A stretch of 64,000 bases of DNA, from NCBI GenBank assembly GCA_963783575.1, contig CAWAOD010000016.1, positions 1 to 64,000 of the forward strand, given 5' to 3'. Positions within the stretch are counted from its first letter, which is position 1. Each line of letters opens with the position of its first letter. The notes under the pieces are model-generated. The model saw only the letters and a program-made list of their open reading frames with translations, did not search any database and was not told the origin of the DNA. This document shows positions 40,828 to 51,828 of the stretch, one piece after another. Origin of the DNA: an uncultured Spirochaetota bacterium (GTDB lineage Bacteria > Spirochaetota > Brevinematia > Brevinematales > JAOACQ01). Position numbers and translations under genes: made by a program.

Positions 40828-41011
40828 AATAGCCCCCAATTTTTACTTTTTTTCATATTCAATAATAAATATAAACCTCATTCAAGTCAAAATACATTTA
40901 TTTTTTTGACACCAGGTTAATTATTGACTTGGTTAATTCATTGTAATAAAATCATAAGATTACAATTTAACATATAATTTTTATTTTATTCTGAGAAAGA
41001 GGAAATATATT

Positions 41012-41755
41012 GTGATTTTTATCAAAAATCTTCAAATATTTATATTTTTGATTTTTTCCAGTGTTCTTTATTCCGATAAGGTTTTGTTCAGCGATGATAT
41101 ATTGAAAAAGTATAATCTTGTTGATGTTCAATCTTTAGACCCTTCGATCGGAGTACAATTAATGTACGCAACAACCAATAATTTCCTTAATAAAAATGTT
41201 TACGGTGATCTAAGAAAATGCTATCTTCTCAGGAATGCTGCGGAAAAACTGACAAACGCCCAGAGACTTTTAAAAGAAAATTATCCTGGTTACAGTTTAT
41301 TAATATATGACGGACTCAGACCCCGTAAGATTCAATACCAGATGTGGGAGATTGTAATGTATACATCGGGGCGGCAATATGTGGCAAATCCAAAAGGAGG
41401 ATCGATTCATAACTATGGTGCGGCTATTGATCTGACTATAGCCGATGAGGAGGGAAAGCCGCTTGATATGGGGACTTCTTTTGATTATTTTGGAGTAAAA
41501 GCGCAGCCAAGGTACGAAAAATATTTTCGCCATCCGGAGCTTCTGAAAAGTTCAGGGATTGAATTAAAAATTCGGAACCGGATTGACAAAGATATAAAAT
41601 TCAGCGGGCAACTCAATGATAATGAAATAAGCAACCGTTTGCTACTGCGTAGTATTATGGAAAAGGCCGGTTTTAAACCTATTATGAATGAATGGTGGCA
41701 TTTTAACGCTTTTCCGGAAGATATTGTCCGCAAAAAATTTAAAATAATAGAATAA
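41012..41755 (+). CDS. ddpX: D-alanyl-D-alanine dipeptidase (M15D, VanX/DdpX)
   Basis: YATTNNF, YDGLRP, SIHNYGAAIDLT, DMGTSFD, EWWHF. Confidence 0.9.
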   Translation: MIFIKNLQIFIFLIFSSVLYSDKVLFSDDILKKYNLVDVQSLDPSIGVQLMYATTNNFLNKNVYGDLRKCYLLRNAAEKLTNAQRLLKENYPGYSLLIYDGLRPRKIQYQMWEIVMYTSGRQYVANPKGGSIHNYGAAIDLTIADEEGKPLDMGTSFDYFGVKAQPRYEKYFRHPELLKSSGIELKIRNRIDKDIKFSGQLNDNEISNRLLLRSIMEKAGFKPIMNEWWHFNAFPEDIVRKKFKIIE

Positions 41756-41763
41756 TAAAAAAC

Positions 41764-41795
41764 CAAGGCTGTCTGCAAGCTTATGGACAGCCTTG
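41764..41795. terminator. Hairpin between convergent genes
   Basis: CAAGGCTGTC-N12-GACAGCCTTG. Confidence 0.5.
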
Positions 41796-41817
41796 CCGAT
41801 GAATAAATGTTGGCAAT

Positions 41818-42459
41818 CTATAAATCTTTCTTCATTCTTTCAAATTCATCCTTTGTAATTTCTCCCCTGGCATAGCGCTTCCTGAGGATTTCAATAGGCG
41901 TTTCGCTTAACCTAACTGATTTAAATCCTCTTATTGCAAATAATATCAGGAGAATGAATAAAATAAGTATAACAAGGCCCGTTATCCAGTGTCCGATCAT
42001 GAACAAACCAAATCCATGTCCGAAAGACAAACCTGGTCCGTAATTACCCATCATAAAACTTTTTCTAATGTTATAATAATGGGGATTAACGTTAAAGCCT
42101 CTTCCCATCATACCCCATACCATCCCCTTAACAGGCAGGCCGTATAAATATCTATAGCCGATCATACGTAGCTTATTTTGAAGCCTTGGTGAGTTATCAC
42201 CTCCGGCTCTCTTTAGAAAAGCTTCATAATCAATTTGTGAAGGGAACAATGTCGGCATAACTGCTTTACCTAAATCAATTAGCTGGCTGTCACTCACCTT
42301 GGAAACGTCTATTGTCCCGCCATCTTTCAAACTTTGTGACTGCCTTATTTCAGAAAGTATGGTTTCAGGACTTTTAGATTTGGTGTCTTGCGCGAAGCTT
42401 ACATTTATAGTACAGGTAAGGGAAACCATCAACAAAACAACAGCGAATTTCTTTTTCAT
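41818..42459 (-). CDS. SHOCT domain membrane protein
   Basis: Signal peptide, Met/Gly-rich linker, TM segment, PIEILRKRYARGEITKDEFERMK. Confidence 0.85.
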   Translation of the reverse strand: MKKKFAVVLLMVSLTCTINVSFAQDTKSKSPETILSEIRQSQSLKDGGTIDVSKVSDSQLIDLGKAVMPTLFPSQIDYEAFLKRAGGDNSPRLQNKLRMIGYRYLYGLPVKGMVWGMMGRGFNVNPHYYNIRKSFMMGNYGPGLSFGHGFGLFMIGHWITGLVILILFILLILFAIRGFKSVRLSETPIEILRKRYARGEITKDEFERMKKDL

Positions 42460-42495
42460 ACGGCCTCCTTTCTTAAATCAACGTAATGTCTAAAC

Positions 42496-42577
42496 TCCCC
42501 TCCAAGGAGGGGAAATTATTAACCGCTTTTAATTTCATTTTATATCCTCTTTTTCACCTGTCTGCCGCCAGGCAGGT
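42496..42577. repeat. Two short REP-like palindromes
   Basis: TCCCCTCC-aa-GGAGGGGA (42496-42513) and ACCTGTCTG-ccgc-CAGGCAGGT (42556-42577). Confidence 0.55.
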
Positions 42578-42729
42578 AAAACTTTTGACATTACCCAAAT
42601 CAAAAATTTAACTTAAAAGAACAATATTATACTTTCTTTTTTAAGTACCGGATAAATAAAAAGGATGCATAATTATTTATTATCTTAATTCCTGAATTGA
42701 GAGATTTTTTATATTAAACTTAATTGCTA

Positions 42730-42758
42730 TTGACAAATAAAATTTATTGATATATTAT
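42730..42758 (+). promoter_or_regulatory. Sigma70-type promoter
   Basis: TTGACA-N17-TATTAT, about 570 nt upstream of the 43331 gene. Confidence 0.5.
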
Positions 42759-43330
42759 ATAAAAATACAAAAGTTTGTAAAATATATTTAATATGGGCAG
42801 CTTATCAAATATATAGGAAAAATTATTATTGTCTTATGGGGTGCTTATGCAATCACTTGTTTTCTTAAGATTTATTAGTTATTTGCCAATTCTATTTTAT
42901 ATTCAAAAAATTATAATTGATTATTCCTATCGCAAAATATATCGAAGTAAAAATCCTGATTCAAAAATACTGCCAGAAATTCAGAAGATAATTGTGAAAA
43001 ATTTAGTTGCGATAAAAAAGATTAGGAAACTTACAGGGCTTTTTCTAATGCTAAACTTATTTAATGATCTAAAATATTCAAAACTATCGCGGATTTAGCA
43101 ATTATCAAAAATCTGAAAAAGGAAGTATCATTTCTATTTCCAATGTTTTTTTTATTGAGGGGATACCTATTTATATTACTATTTAAAAAGGCAATTTTAA
43201 TCTTTATAAAATATACTGATATAATATTGTTCCGTTGATTAATTTTATTTTAGCGAATCGAATAGGGTTTATAACCGAATAAAATAGTTATTGTGTAAGT
43301 TATTGAAATATAATATTATAGGAGGAGTCT

Positions 43331-44074
43331 ATGGCTAAGTTTCTTATGTTCCTGTTGGTATCGCTAATGGTTACAACCGGTTTTGGGGAAACGATCAAGG
43401 TTGGTTTTTTTGATCTGGAACCCTATGCTATCAAGCAGGCTGATGGCAAGTACACCGGTGCGGCTATTGAATACTTCGAAAAGTACATGGCGCCGAAGAT
43501 GGGCGTCAAGGTGGAATGGTTGGGGCCTATGCCAATGACAAGGGCTTACAAAAGCCTGGATGATGGAGAGATAGACGCAAGCTTAATCGCGATTATGAAT
43601 CCGGAAAGGCGAAAAATATACCTTGTTCCGGACAACTATTATATATCTATGAAGCCAAGCCTTATCCTGCTGAAAACCAATCCCTTGAATCAGATCACGA
43701 AACCGGATGACTTGTTCAATATGACAATTGGATATGTGGAAATTGCCCAATATCCCCCGTTTATAAAAAACGATAAAATTACTATGGATCTTACAAAGGG
43801 CGCCGATTATAAAAAGAAAAATTTTGAGAAACTAAAACTGAAACGTATTGACGCTATATTTGATGCTAACGATGTTTCCAATCCTTATGAGGCTAAAAAA
43901 TTCGGAATGTATGATCAGATTAAAGTGGTGCTGCTTCCCATTGATCAAACCCCGATTTATACAGTTTTCCGGAATACGGATAAGTGCCAGAAACTAATAA
44001 AAATTTATAATGAAGTGAACAATGATCTTTACAAAACCGATACTATGGATAAGATTTTAAGTAAATACAAATAA
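43331..44074 (+). CDS. Periplasmic substrate-binding protein (SBP_bac_3-like)
   Basis: Signal peptide; EPY...GKYTG, GEID, KLKLKRIDA; AGGAGG RBS. Confidence 0.8.
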   Translation: MAKFLMFLLVSLMVTTGFGETIKVGFFDLEPYAIKQADGKYTGAAIEYFEKYMAPKMGVKVEWLGPMPMTRAYKSLDDGEIDASLIAIMNPERRKIYLVPDNYYISMKPSLILLKTNPLNQITKPDDLFNMTIGYVEIAQYPPFIKNDKITMDLTKGADYKKKNFEKLKLKRIDAIFDANDVSNPYEAKKFGMYDQIKVVLLPIDQTPIYTVFRNTDKCQKLIKIYNEVNNDLYKTDTMDKILSKYK

Positions 44075-44086
44075 TTATTTTTTTTA

Positions 44087-44134
44087 AACCGGGATAATCC
44101 ATTCACTAAAAAGCATGACTGGATTATCCTGGTT
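44087..44134 (+). terminator. Stem-loop between sbp and mcp
   Basis: AACCGGGATAATCCA...TGGATTATCCTGGTT followed by a T-rich tract. Confidence 0.5.
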
Positions 44135-44179
44135 GTTTTTATTATTATTTAAAAGATAATAAATTGAGGAGAAAATTTT

Positions 44180-45763
44180 ATGAAGAAAAGACTTTTAATT
44201 TATCAAAAGGTAATATTAGTACAGTTAATAGCTATTATTGTAATAATGTTTTTGTTTGCCCTGTTTACGGTTATATCCAGCAGTTATACTGAAATTCAGA
44301 AGATGAAATTAAATTCCGAACAAATTCTGGCAAGGCTGACAACTTATCTGCCTGCTTCTGTTTGGAATGTCGATACTGAAGCTGCGGACAACCTCATCGG
44401 GCAGGAAATGAAGAGTGAAGATGTTCTTGGGATTATTATCAATCAGAACGGTAAATTCTGGATGGGAAAATTCAAATCGGAAAAAGGAGATATTATAAAT
44501 ATTGATGATGTTACAAAATATGAAAGCGTTCTAAAAAAGAGCTTTATGATTAAAAACAGCACGATAAATTATGAAAATAAGGGGATAGGAACTATTGAGC
44601 TTTATATAACGAACAATAATGTTTCCATAATTTTATCAAGGCTTTTATTAGGCAATATTTTGCAGATTTTGGTCTTGATAGTTATTCTGAGCATTATCAC
44701 TTTTATTGTATTGAACATTTTGCTTGCCAGACCTTTAAAACAAATCACGGAAACAGCGGCACGAATTGCCGGAGGGGATATGGAACTGCAGGCGGATGTT
44801 ATTGAAAATCAGGGAGAAATTGCGGAGCTGGCAAGAGCTTTTAATAGTATGACGGAAAAACTGAGGAATAGAATGAAAGAAAGCATCAAGACGAATGAGA
44901 TTCTGACAAAAATATTCGATAATGTTAAAGAGATAACCATCAATATTAATTCCTCTTCAAAAGAAATCGAGGCTGCCGCCCAGGAACAGACCAGCGCTTC
45001 GAATGAACATGCCAGCGGCGTAACAGAAGTCAGCGCGACGCTGGAAGAGCTTACTATAACGGCGAAGCAGATTACAACAAATGTAGGAGAACTGGTTGTC
45101 GCCAGCGGGAATGCTATTAAAATGCTTAAGGAAGGCGAGAAGGATCTTTTACAGACGGTTTCTCAACTGGACGAGGTCGGAAAAATAAGCTCAAACAATA
45201 CAACACAGATTGGAGAATTGGGAAAACGTTCGACGATAATTAACGAAATGGTAGAAATAATAAAAGAGGTCGCGAACAAAACGAATATGCTTTCGATCAA
45301 TGCATCCATCGAAGCTTCACGGGCGGGCGAGGCTGGAAAGGGATTCTCGGTGGTTGCAGCTGAAATACGCGAACTGTCAAAAGAAACCATTACCTCGGCA
45401 AAGAATGTTGAAAAAGCGGCCAAAGAAATTCAGGATTTTTTAAATTCGATCATTATCTCCTCAGAAAGTGAATCGGAGAAAGTATTAAACAGCGGTAAAG
45501 TTGTAAAACTGATAAAAGAAAAGATAGAGGAAGTCACTTCCAATATCAACAATAATTATACCTTTTCACAGAAAATCGATGTCTCGATAAAACAGCAGGA
45601 AAGCGGTTCCAGGCAGGCTACCGAAACAATGAGGCAGATGGCTGAGATCGCCAGGCAATCAGCTGAGACGGCCAGGCAGACACTGCTTGCGGTAAAAGAT
45701 ATTGTTGGTTTCAGCACTGAACTGGATATGGTTTTAAAATTGGTTAAATCGGATGAACTGTAA
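44180..45763 (+). CDS. Methyl-accepting chemotaxis protein (HAMP; WspA/ACF-like)
   Basis: Two TM segments, HAMP (GEIAELARAFNSM), KTNMLSINASIEASRAGEAGKGFSVVA. Confidence 0.93.
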   Translation: MKKRLLIYQKVILVQLIAIIVIMFLFALFTVISSSYTEIQKMKLNSEQILARLTTYLPASVWNVDTEAADNLIGQEMKSEDVLGIIINQNGKFWMGKFKSEKGDIINIDDVTKYESVLKKSFMIKNSTINYENKGIGTIELYITNNNVSIILSRLLLGNILQILVLIVILSIITFIVLNILLARPLKQITETAARIAGGDMELQADVIENQGEIAELARAFNSMTEKLRNRMKESIKTNEILTKIFDNVKEITININSSSKEIEAAAQEQTSASNEHASGVTEVSATLEELTITAKQITTNVGELVVASGNAIKMLKEGEKDLLQTVSQLDEVGKISSNNTTQIGELGKRSTIINEMVEIIKEVANKTNMLSINASIEASRAGEAGKGFSVVAAEIRELSKETITSAKNVEKAAKEIQDFLNSIIISSESESEKVLNSGKVVKLIKEKIEEVTSNINNNYTFSQKIDVSIKQQESGSRQATETMRQMAEIARQSAETARQTLLAVKDIVGFSTELDMVLKLVKSDEL

Positions 45764-45820
45764 GGTTGATATAACTCCGGGAGATATTGATGTTTTTAAA
45801 ATAAAATAAGGATAAACAAA

Positions 45821-46981
45821 TTGAAAGAAATAAAAGTTTTGATTATCGATGATTCCAGTTTAGTTCATATTTTATTGCAAAAGGTGTTATCCGAACATAA
45901 AGATCTCAAAATTGTCGGGGACGCTTATGACGGCGGGGAAGGCATAGAGATGGTAAGGAAATTATCCCCGGATGTCATTATTATGGATATTGGGATGCCG
46001 AAAGTAAATGGTCTTGATGCGATTCATGATATAATGTGCGAAACTCCAACACCTATAGTAGTTTTTTCAGCGGCGAGCAAGGATAATGTCGATCTCAGTT
46101 TTAAAGCGATAGAACTTGGAGCGGTCGAACTTATAGAAAAACCGTTTGCCGATGACATTTCCGCGCTTAAAATAATTATAGAAGAAAAGCTTATTAAATC
46201 AATCAGAACTTTCGCGGATTTCAAAGTAATTAGAAGAATTAAGCACACCCCTGAAAGCTTAAAGCATATAAATCCGCATAAACAGGAAGAATCGAAAGAG
46301 CGAATCAGCGAAAAACCTGTTCAAAAAGATGAAAAGAGGCCCGCAAACCATATTGAAGTTTCTGATCAAATAAAAACGGATAATGTTCCTATAAAAGGTT
46401 TCCCGGTAATAGGGATTGTCGCCAGTACCGGCGGTCCTCAAACCATTAAAACATTGCTTAAAGATCTGTCTGTTGAAGAAATGGGCGCCGGGATTGTAAT
46501 TTTACAGCATATTTCGGATGGGTTTATTGAGGGGTTTTGTTCCTGGCTTAATGAAGAATCACCTGTACCGGTAGCATTGGCGGTTGAAGGTGAATCTGTC
46601 AGGCCGGGAGTTATCTATGTAGCTCCCGAAGGGCATCATTTGATTTTCGATAATCATGGAAAATTTTTATTTAATAATGATCCGCCCATTGTTGGAATAA
46701 GGCCTTCCGCTGATATGATGCTTAGTTTTCTGGGAAAGACTTTCAAAGAGAGAGCGGTTGCTGTTGTGCTTACAGGTATGGGCAGCGACGGGACTAAAGG
46801 GATAAGAGATATAAAGGAAAACGGGGGATTTATTATAGCTCAGGACGAGGGAAGCAGTCTCATTTTTGGTATGCCTAAGTCTGCAATTGATACCGGGATG
46901 GTTGACAAAGTTCTTAATATTTCTCAGATCCCAGAATTTTTAAAGAGGTTATGTAATGAAAGATTTAGATATATTGCCTGA
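45821..46981 (+). CDS. cheB: Chemotaxis methylesterase CheB (second copy)
   Basis: Receiver domain; VASTGGP, LQHIS, RPSAD, TGMGSDG. Confidence 0.93.
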   Translation: MKEIKVLIIDDSSLVHILLQKVLSEHKDLKIVGDAYDGGEGIEMVRKLSPDVIIMDIGMPKVNGLDAIHDIMCETPTPIVVFSAASKDNVDLSFKAIELGAVELIEKPFADDISALKIIIEEKLIKSIRTFADFKVIRRIKHTPESLKHINPHKQEESKERISEKPVQKDEKRPANHIEVSDQIKTDNVPIKGFPVIGIVASTGGPQTIKTLLKDLSVEEMGAGIVILQHISDGFIEGFCSWLNEESPVPVALAVEGESVRPGVIYVAPEGHHLIFDNHGKFLFNNDPPIVGIRPSADMMLSFLGKTFKERAVAVVLTGMGSDGTKGIRDIKENGGFIIAQDEGSSLIFGMPKSAIDTGMVDKVLNISQIPEFLKRLCNERFRYIA

Positions 46982-48413
46982 ATACATTACTAAAAAGATT
47001 AAGGAAATTATTAAGGAAGAATCCGGGATAATTATTAATGACGATAGGGAAATAGATTTTGAAATAGTCATCAGGGGAAGAATCATAAATAATAAAGTCA
47101 ACCCGGCAGATTATATTGATTTATTGAAATCAAATGACAATGAAATAATTACCGTCGCTTCTTTTTTTACAATCCAGGAGAGCAGTTTTTACAGGAATAA
47201 GAATCATTTTGACCGTTTGAGAAATCATATTTTTCCGGCAATTAGGTTTGAGAAGGAAAAACAAAACAATAGAAATATCAGAATTTTATCCGCAGGCTGT
47301 GCTACGGGAGAGGAACCTTATACTATCGCGATGATATTTAATGATTTGTTTACCGGCTCAAGCCAATGGAATATTGAGATTATCGCCACGGATATCAATA
47401 AAAAAGCCCTGGAATTTGCTAAGGAAGGAGTATATTCCGAATATAAGCTCAGGAATATCGAGGATTATTATAAATCAAGGTATTATGATATCATAAAAAA
47501 AGATAAAATCACTACTTATAAGGTTAAGGAAGATATAAAAAAGTATATTAAATTTAAGCAGTGTAATTTAATTAAGGAACCTTTCGTGCTAAATGATCTT
47601 AATAATGTTGATATTATTTTTTGTGAGAATGTTATCATTTACTTTTGTCAGGAATCTGTTCAGAGATTAATAAATAATTTTTACAATATTTTGGGGGAAA
47701 ATGGCTATCTATTTCTCGGGTATTCAGAAACACTGAATATGATAAAGCATAATTTTAATTTATCCTGGTGGAATGATTCTTTCGCATATCAGAAAAATGA
47801 AAATGCAAGACAAAAAGAGAATAGTGTAAATATAACAGGTTTTACTGATAAAATAGAAGAAATCAAAAATGACGGCATTAATATAATATCCTATAAAGAC
47901 TTTATTTTCCTGGCCGTACAGAATTATAAAAAGGGTTTAATAGAAAATGTTTCAACAATTCTTGAGGAAATGGAAAAAAGGAAAGTTGAACTGAAAGAGG
48001 ATTTTTATATCATAAAAGCTGAGTTCCTTTGCGATAAAGAAGATTACATGAACGCGGCAAATTTATGCAGAAATGTGATATCGATGAATCCGTATAATAT
48101 TGACGCTCATCTGATATTATGCAATATATACATTCAAATTGGGATGTATGAAAAAGCGGAATTTGAAATCAAAACAGCTTTATATATTGATGAAAACTCT
48201 ATTTTAGCGCATTATTTTTATGCCATCTATTATTATCAAATAAAAAATATACCGGTTAGTCTGGATTATTTAAAAAAGGCATATGAGATATCTATGAAAA
48301 AGGGTACTATGTTTGAAGATATATTATATCCGATCAATGAAAATAAAAGAAATTCTATCCGAAATAGGATCTTGAGTTACCATGAACAGAATTTTTCAGA
48401 GATTTTTAAATGA
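46956..48413 (+). CDS. cheR: CheR methyltransferase with C-terminal TPRs
   Basis: SAGCATGEEPYT, DIIFCENVIIYF, LFLGYSE; TPR-like tail (NPYNIDAHLIL...ALYID..SILAHY). Confidence 0.9.
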   Translation: MKDLDILPEYITKKIKEIIKEESGIIINDDREIDFEIVIRGRIINNKVNPADYIDLLKSNDNEIITVASFFTIQESSFYRNKNHFDRLRNHIFPAIRFEKEKQNNRNIRILSAGCATGEEPYTIAMIFNDLFTGSSQWNIEIIATDINKKALEFAKEGVYSEYKLRNIEDYYKSRYYDIIKKDKITTYKVKEDIKKYIKFKQCNLIKEPFVLNDLNNVDIIFCENVIIYFCQESVQRLINNFYNILGENGYLFLGYSETLNMIKHNFNLSWWNDSFAYQKNENARQKENSVNITGFTDKIEEIKNDGINIISYKDFIFLAVQNYKKGLIENVSTILEEMEKRKVELKEDFYIIKAEFLCDKEDYMNAANLCRNVISMNPYNIDAHLILCNIYIQIGMYEKAEFEIKTALYIDENSILAHYFYAIYYYQIKNIPVSLDYLKKAYEISMKKGTMFEDILYPINENKRNSIRNRILSYHEQNFSEIFK

Positions 48414-48636
48414 TGATAAGTTATTTTTCATTTTCCAATAGAGTTAATGAAAAAAGAAACACAAAAAGTGAAAGGTTTGATATGAATTCAATAAAAAATT
48501 AATATTGAAATGTTAACATAAAAGCCTTGATGATGTTATAATAGCAATTTATAATATTGTTGAGTTTTCCTAAAATCATGGCTAATAAAATCATAATTGG
48601 GATTGGAAAATCTGAAAAATTATTAGGATAAAAACA

Positions 48637-49149
48637 ATGAAACAAAAGAATAACATTAATGAGATCATTGAAGCGAAAAAAAATGAATCGTTAAAAAAAG
48701 GTGAGACATCGAAATTTGTAAAAGAGCTTCTGATTATTGAAATAAACGCTTCTTATTACGCTATTCAACTGGAATATTTAAGGGAAGTTCTGGATGTTCC
48801 GGATAAAGAATCGATTATTCCGATTCCATTTACCCCATCATATATAATCGGAGTTATGAATTTAAGGGGTGATATTATTCCGGTTATTTCAATTCTGGAA
48901 ATACTGGGGATTAATGAAAAAGAAAAGGATAATCTTAAACTTGCCGTTCTGGATTTAAAATTTAAAATTGCGTTTCCTTTTAAAGATATTATTGATCTGG
49001 AAGCGGTTGAGGTTAGAGAAATGAAAGAATTGAAAAATGCTGCTAAAAAAGAAGATGAACAGTTTATCTCTTATGAACTGGATTACCATGGTAAAACTGT
49101 CAGTGTAATTGATATTTATAAAGTATATTCATCACGTTATTTTAAATAG
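48637..49149 (+). CDS. cheW: CheW
   Basis: IPFTPSYIIGVMNLRGDIIPVI. Confidence 0.88.
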   Translation: MKQKNNINEIIEAKKNESLKKGETSKFVKELLIIEINASYYAIQLEYLREVLDVPDKESIIPIPFTPSYIIGVMNLRGDIIPVISILEILGINEKEKDNLKLAVLDLKFKIAFPFKDIIDLEAVEVREMKELKNAAKKEDEQFISYELDYHGKTVSVIDIYKVYSSRYFK

Positions 49150-49545
49150 GTGATTATGAATAATATTGATATTTTGATTTTTAAAATGGGGAATCTTACA
49201 GTCGGTATAAACTGCTCAGAGATTATACAGGTAATTATAAATAAGGCTATTATCGCAGGGTTTATAGATTTTGATAGTGAAGAATACCGTTATTATAAAT
49301 TGGGTGAAATTCTTAATTTAAAAGATGAAATTGAATATAAGACACTGCTTCTGATTGAAGGAACGGATAATAAAAAATATTCACTGCACATTTCTTCTTC
49401 CCTGGAGGTAATAAGTGCCGGTGTGCCGGATATATTAATTATGCCTGAATTTATCAGGAATAAACAGGTCCCTTTTATTAACTGGGGATTTTATGAAAGG
49501 GAAGACGGCATAGTAATGCTGATAACATTTAATTATTATAAATAA
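49150..49545 (+). CDS. Divergent CheW-like protein
   Basis: ILIFKMGNLTVGI start, CheW-like size, position between cheW and cheA. Confidence 0.5.
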   Translation: MIMNNIDILIFKMGNLTVGINCSEIIQVIINKAIIAGFIDFDSEEYRYYKLGEILNLKDEIEYKTLLLIEGTDNKKYSLHISSSLEVISAGVPDILIMPEFIRNKQVPFINWGFYEREDGIVMLITFNYYK

Positions 49546-49557
49546 AAAGTAGGTTTT

Positions 49558-51786
49558 ATGGCTGATCAAAACTTTAATCTGGAAATGATCGATTTTTTCA
49601 AGCAGGAAGCGAATGCTCATATACTAAAGGTTAATAATTTGCTGCTGGCTATTGAGAAAGACGGAGGAAACACCGGAAATTTTTCTAAAATTAAAAGTGA
49701 GATGCATACCCTTAAGGGTGACGCGAGAATGATGGGATTGATGAGCATCAGCGGCGCCGCGCATAAAGTTGAGGATTTATTTGAGATTTTAATTAAGAGC
49801 AATAAATTCGATGATAAAAATCTTATAAAAAATTTGTTTAAAGCGCTGGACGCAATACAAAATGCTACTGATTCTCTTCCGGAAAGCCTGGTTGAAATTG
49901 ATCTGTCTTTTGTTTTTCCGGATCAGGAAACTGAACCGGTGGAGAATAAGCAGGATGTTATACTATTTGAAGAGAAAGAAATTGAAAAGCAAATTGATAA
50001 AGTATTTGATAAAAAAGAAAAAAAGGTGGAAGAACCGGAAATTGTAATAGAAAATAAAATTGAAGGGCAAACAGAAAAAATTGCCGGTGTAAAAGCGAAT
50101 GAAAATGAAGAAAAAGTGAAAAAAGAATCTTTACAGGAGGTTAAAACCGAATATTTAAATATAAATATCTTAAAAATAGATGAATTAATTGCTTTGAGCG
50201 GTGAATTTGTCAGGTATTACGGTAGATTTAATTATATTTTAAATAAAATGATTCAAGTATCCGGTGAAATTGAAGAAAAACAAAATTCTGAAGATGAAGG
50301 TATTTTAAAATCCTTAGAAAATTTAATATATGATTTTTCAAAAAATCTGGCTTTTTTTGATCTTACATCCAGGCAGTTTCAAAACGAAATAACCAATCTT
50401 AAATTGGTCCCTCTTTCAACAATTTTCGATCTTTTCCCAAGGCTGGTCAGGGATATTGCCGAAACTACAAAGAAGGAAATTAACTTTATAATTGAAGGAA
50501 AAGATGTTGAACTTGATAAGATTATTGTTGAAAAACTTAAAACAATTCTTATCCATATTTTGAGAAACGCAATTGACCATGGCTGTGAAACCCCGGAAAT
50601 CAGGGGGAAAATTGGAAAGCCTAAAGAAGCGCATGTAATCCTTAAGGCTGTTAACAGGGGAGATAACGTTGAGATCGAAGTCAGCGATGATGGCGGCGGG
50701 CTGGATATAGAGAAAATCCGGGCAAAAGCCATACAAAAAGGTATGGTCCAGGAAAAGAAGGCGTTTTCAATGACGGATGATGAAATTATATCCTATATAT
50801 TTGAACCTGGATTTTCAACTAAAGAAGTCGGAGCATTTTCAGGCAGAGGGATCGGGATGGATATTGTAGCGACTACCGTTAAAGAATTAAATGGGGAAGT
50901 AAAAGTACGGACCGTGAAGAATAAAGGCACATCATTTACAATTATCCTGCCGCTTATCAGTTCATTTATTCCTATTACAACTATATTACTTAATAATACA
51001 CTCTTCGGAATACCTTCTTCTTATATCAAACTGGTGCAGAGAGCAAAAGCGGATGATATTAAAATGTCCGGTGATAAACAGAAGATCGTAACAATTAATA
51101 ATACCGATATTTCAATAGTAGATCTTCAGGCGATGTTAGGGCTTGGTTTTGAGGATTTTGGAAAAAATAAAAATATCATTATTGTAAAATACCAGGATGA
51201 GATATCCGGTTTTATTGTTACGGATATTCTGCAAGAGAAGAAAATGGTAATAAAACAAATTACAGGCGTAGCGGATAAATGCAGTTCGGTAATCGGTGCG
51301 GTTATTGGTGATATGAGGATTATCCCCGTTTTAAATATACCTGAATTATTCAGGGTTTTAAAAACCGGTAATATTAATATATCAAAAGTTAAAGATGACA
51401 GGGAAAATGAGAGGCGTATCTGGGTAAAAAATGTATTGTTAGTTGAAGATTCGGCTTTAACCAGAAATCTGGAGAAAAAGATACTGCTCAATCAAAATCT
51501 TAATGTGTTTGAAGCGGCAAACGGGAAGGAAGCCGTTGACCTGCTAAATAGTAAGCATTTTGACCTGATTATTACGGATATTGAGATGCCTGTTATGAAT
51601 GGGATTGAACTGGTAAACTATGTTAAAGAAAGAGATGAATTCTCCGGGATACCGATCGTTATAGTCAGCAGTTACAAAACCTATGAGGAAAAAATATCCG
51701 GGCTTGGGGTCAATCATTTTATCAGCAAAGGTGATTTTACCACCCAGAGATTAATGGATATTCTGATGTTTGAAAAGATTTTATAA
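49558..51786 (+). CDS. cheA: Hybrid CheA with a C-terminal receiver domain (WspE/FrzE-like)
   Basis: MHTLKGDARMMG, HILRNAIDHG, SGRGIGMD, CheW domain, VLLVEDS...ITDIEMP. Confidence 0.93.
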   Translation: MADQNFNLEMIDFFKQEANAHILKVNNLLLAIEKDGGNTGNFSKIKSEMHTLKGDARMMGLMSISGAAHKVEDLFEILIKSNKFDDKNLIKNLFKALDAIQNATDSLPESLVEIDLSFVFPDQETEPVENKQDVILFEEKEIEKQIDKVFDKKEKKVEEPEIVIENKIEGQTEKIAGVKANENEEKVKKESLQEVKTEYLNINILKIDELIALSGEFVRYYGRFNYILNKMIQVSGEIEEKQNSEDEGILKSLENLIYDFSKNLAFFDLTSRQFQNEITNLKLVPLSTIFDLFPRLVRDIAETTKKEINFIIEGKDVELDKIIVEKLKTILIHILRNAIDHGCETPEIRGKIGKPKEAHVILKAVNRGDNVEIEVSDDGGGLDIEKIRAKAIQKGMVQEKKAFSMTDDEIISYIFEPGFSTKEVGAFSGRGIGMDIVATTVKELNGEVKVRTVKNKGTSFTIILPLISSFIPITTILLNNTLFGIPSSYIKLVQRAKADDIKMSGDKQKIVTINNTDISIVDLQAMLGLGFEDFGKNKNIIIVKYQDEISGFIVTDILQEKKMVIKQITGVADKCSSVIGAVIGDMRIIPVLNIPELFRVLKTGNINISKVKDDRENERRIWVKNVLLVEDSALTRNLEKKILLNQNLNVFEAANGKEAVDLLNSKHFDLIITDIEMPVMNGIELVNYVKERDEFSGIPIVIVSSYKTYEEKISGLGVNHFISKGDFTTQRLMDILMFEKIL

Positions 51787-51818
51787 TAACAAGGGGCTTA
51801 AGCCCCTTATTATTATAA
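51781..51818. repeat. REP-like palindrome
   Basis: Perfect AAGGGGCTTAAGCCCCTT (51791-51808), extended by TTATAATAA/TTATTATAA with one mismatch. Confidence 0.7.
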
Positions 51819-51828
51819 GGAATATTTT

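Noticed and set aside
42829..43098. 89-aa ORF
   Set aside because: Weak start, no RBS, no motif; likely spurious in AT-rich DNA.
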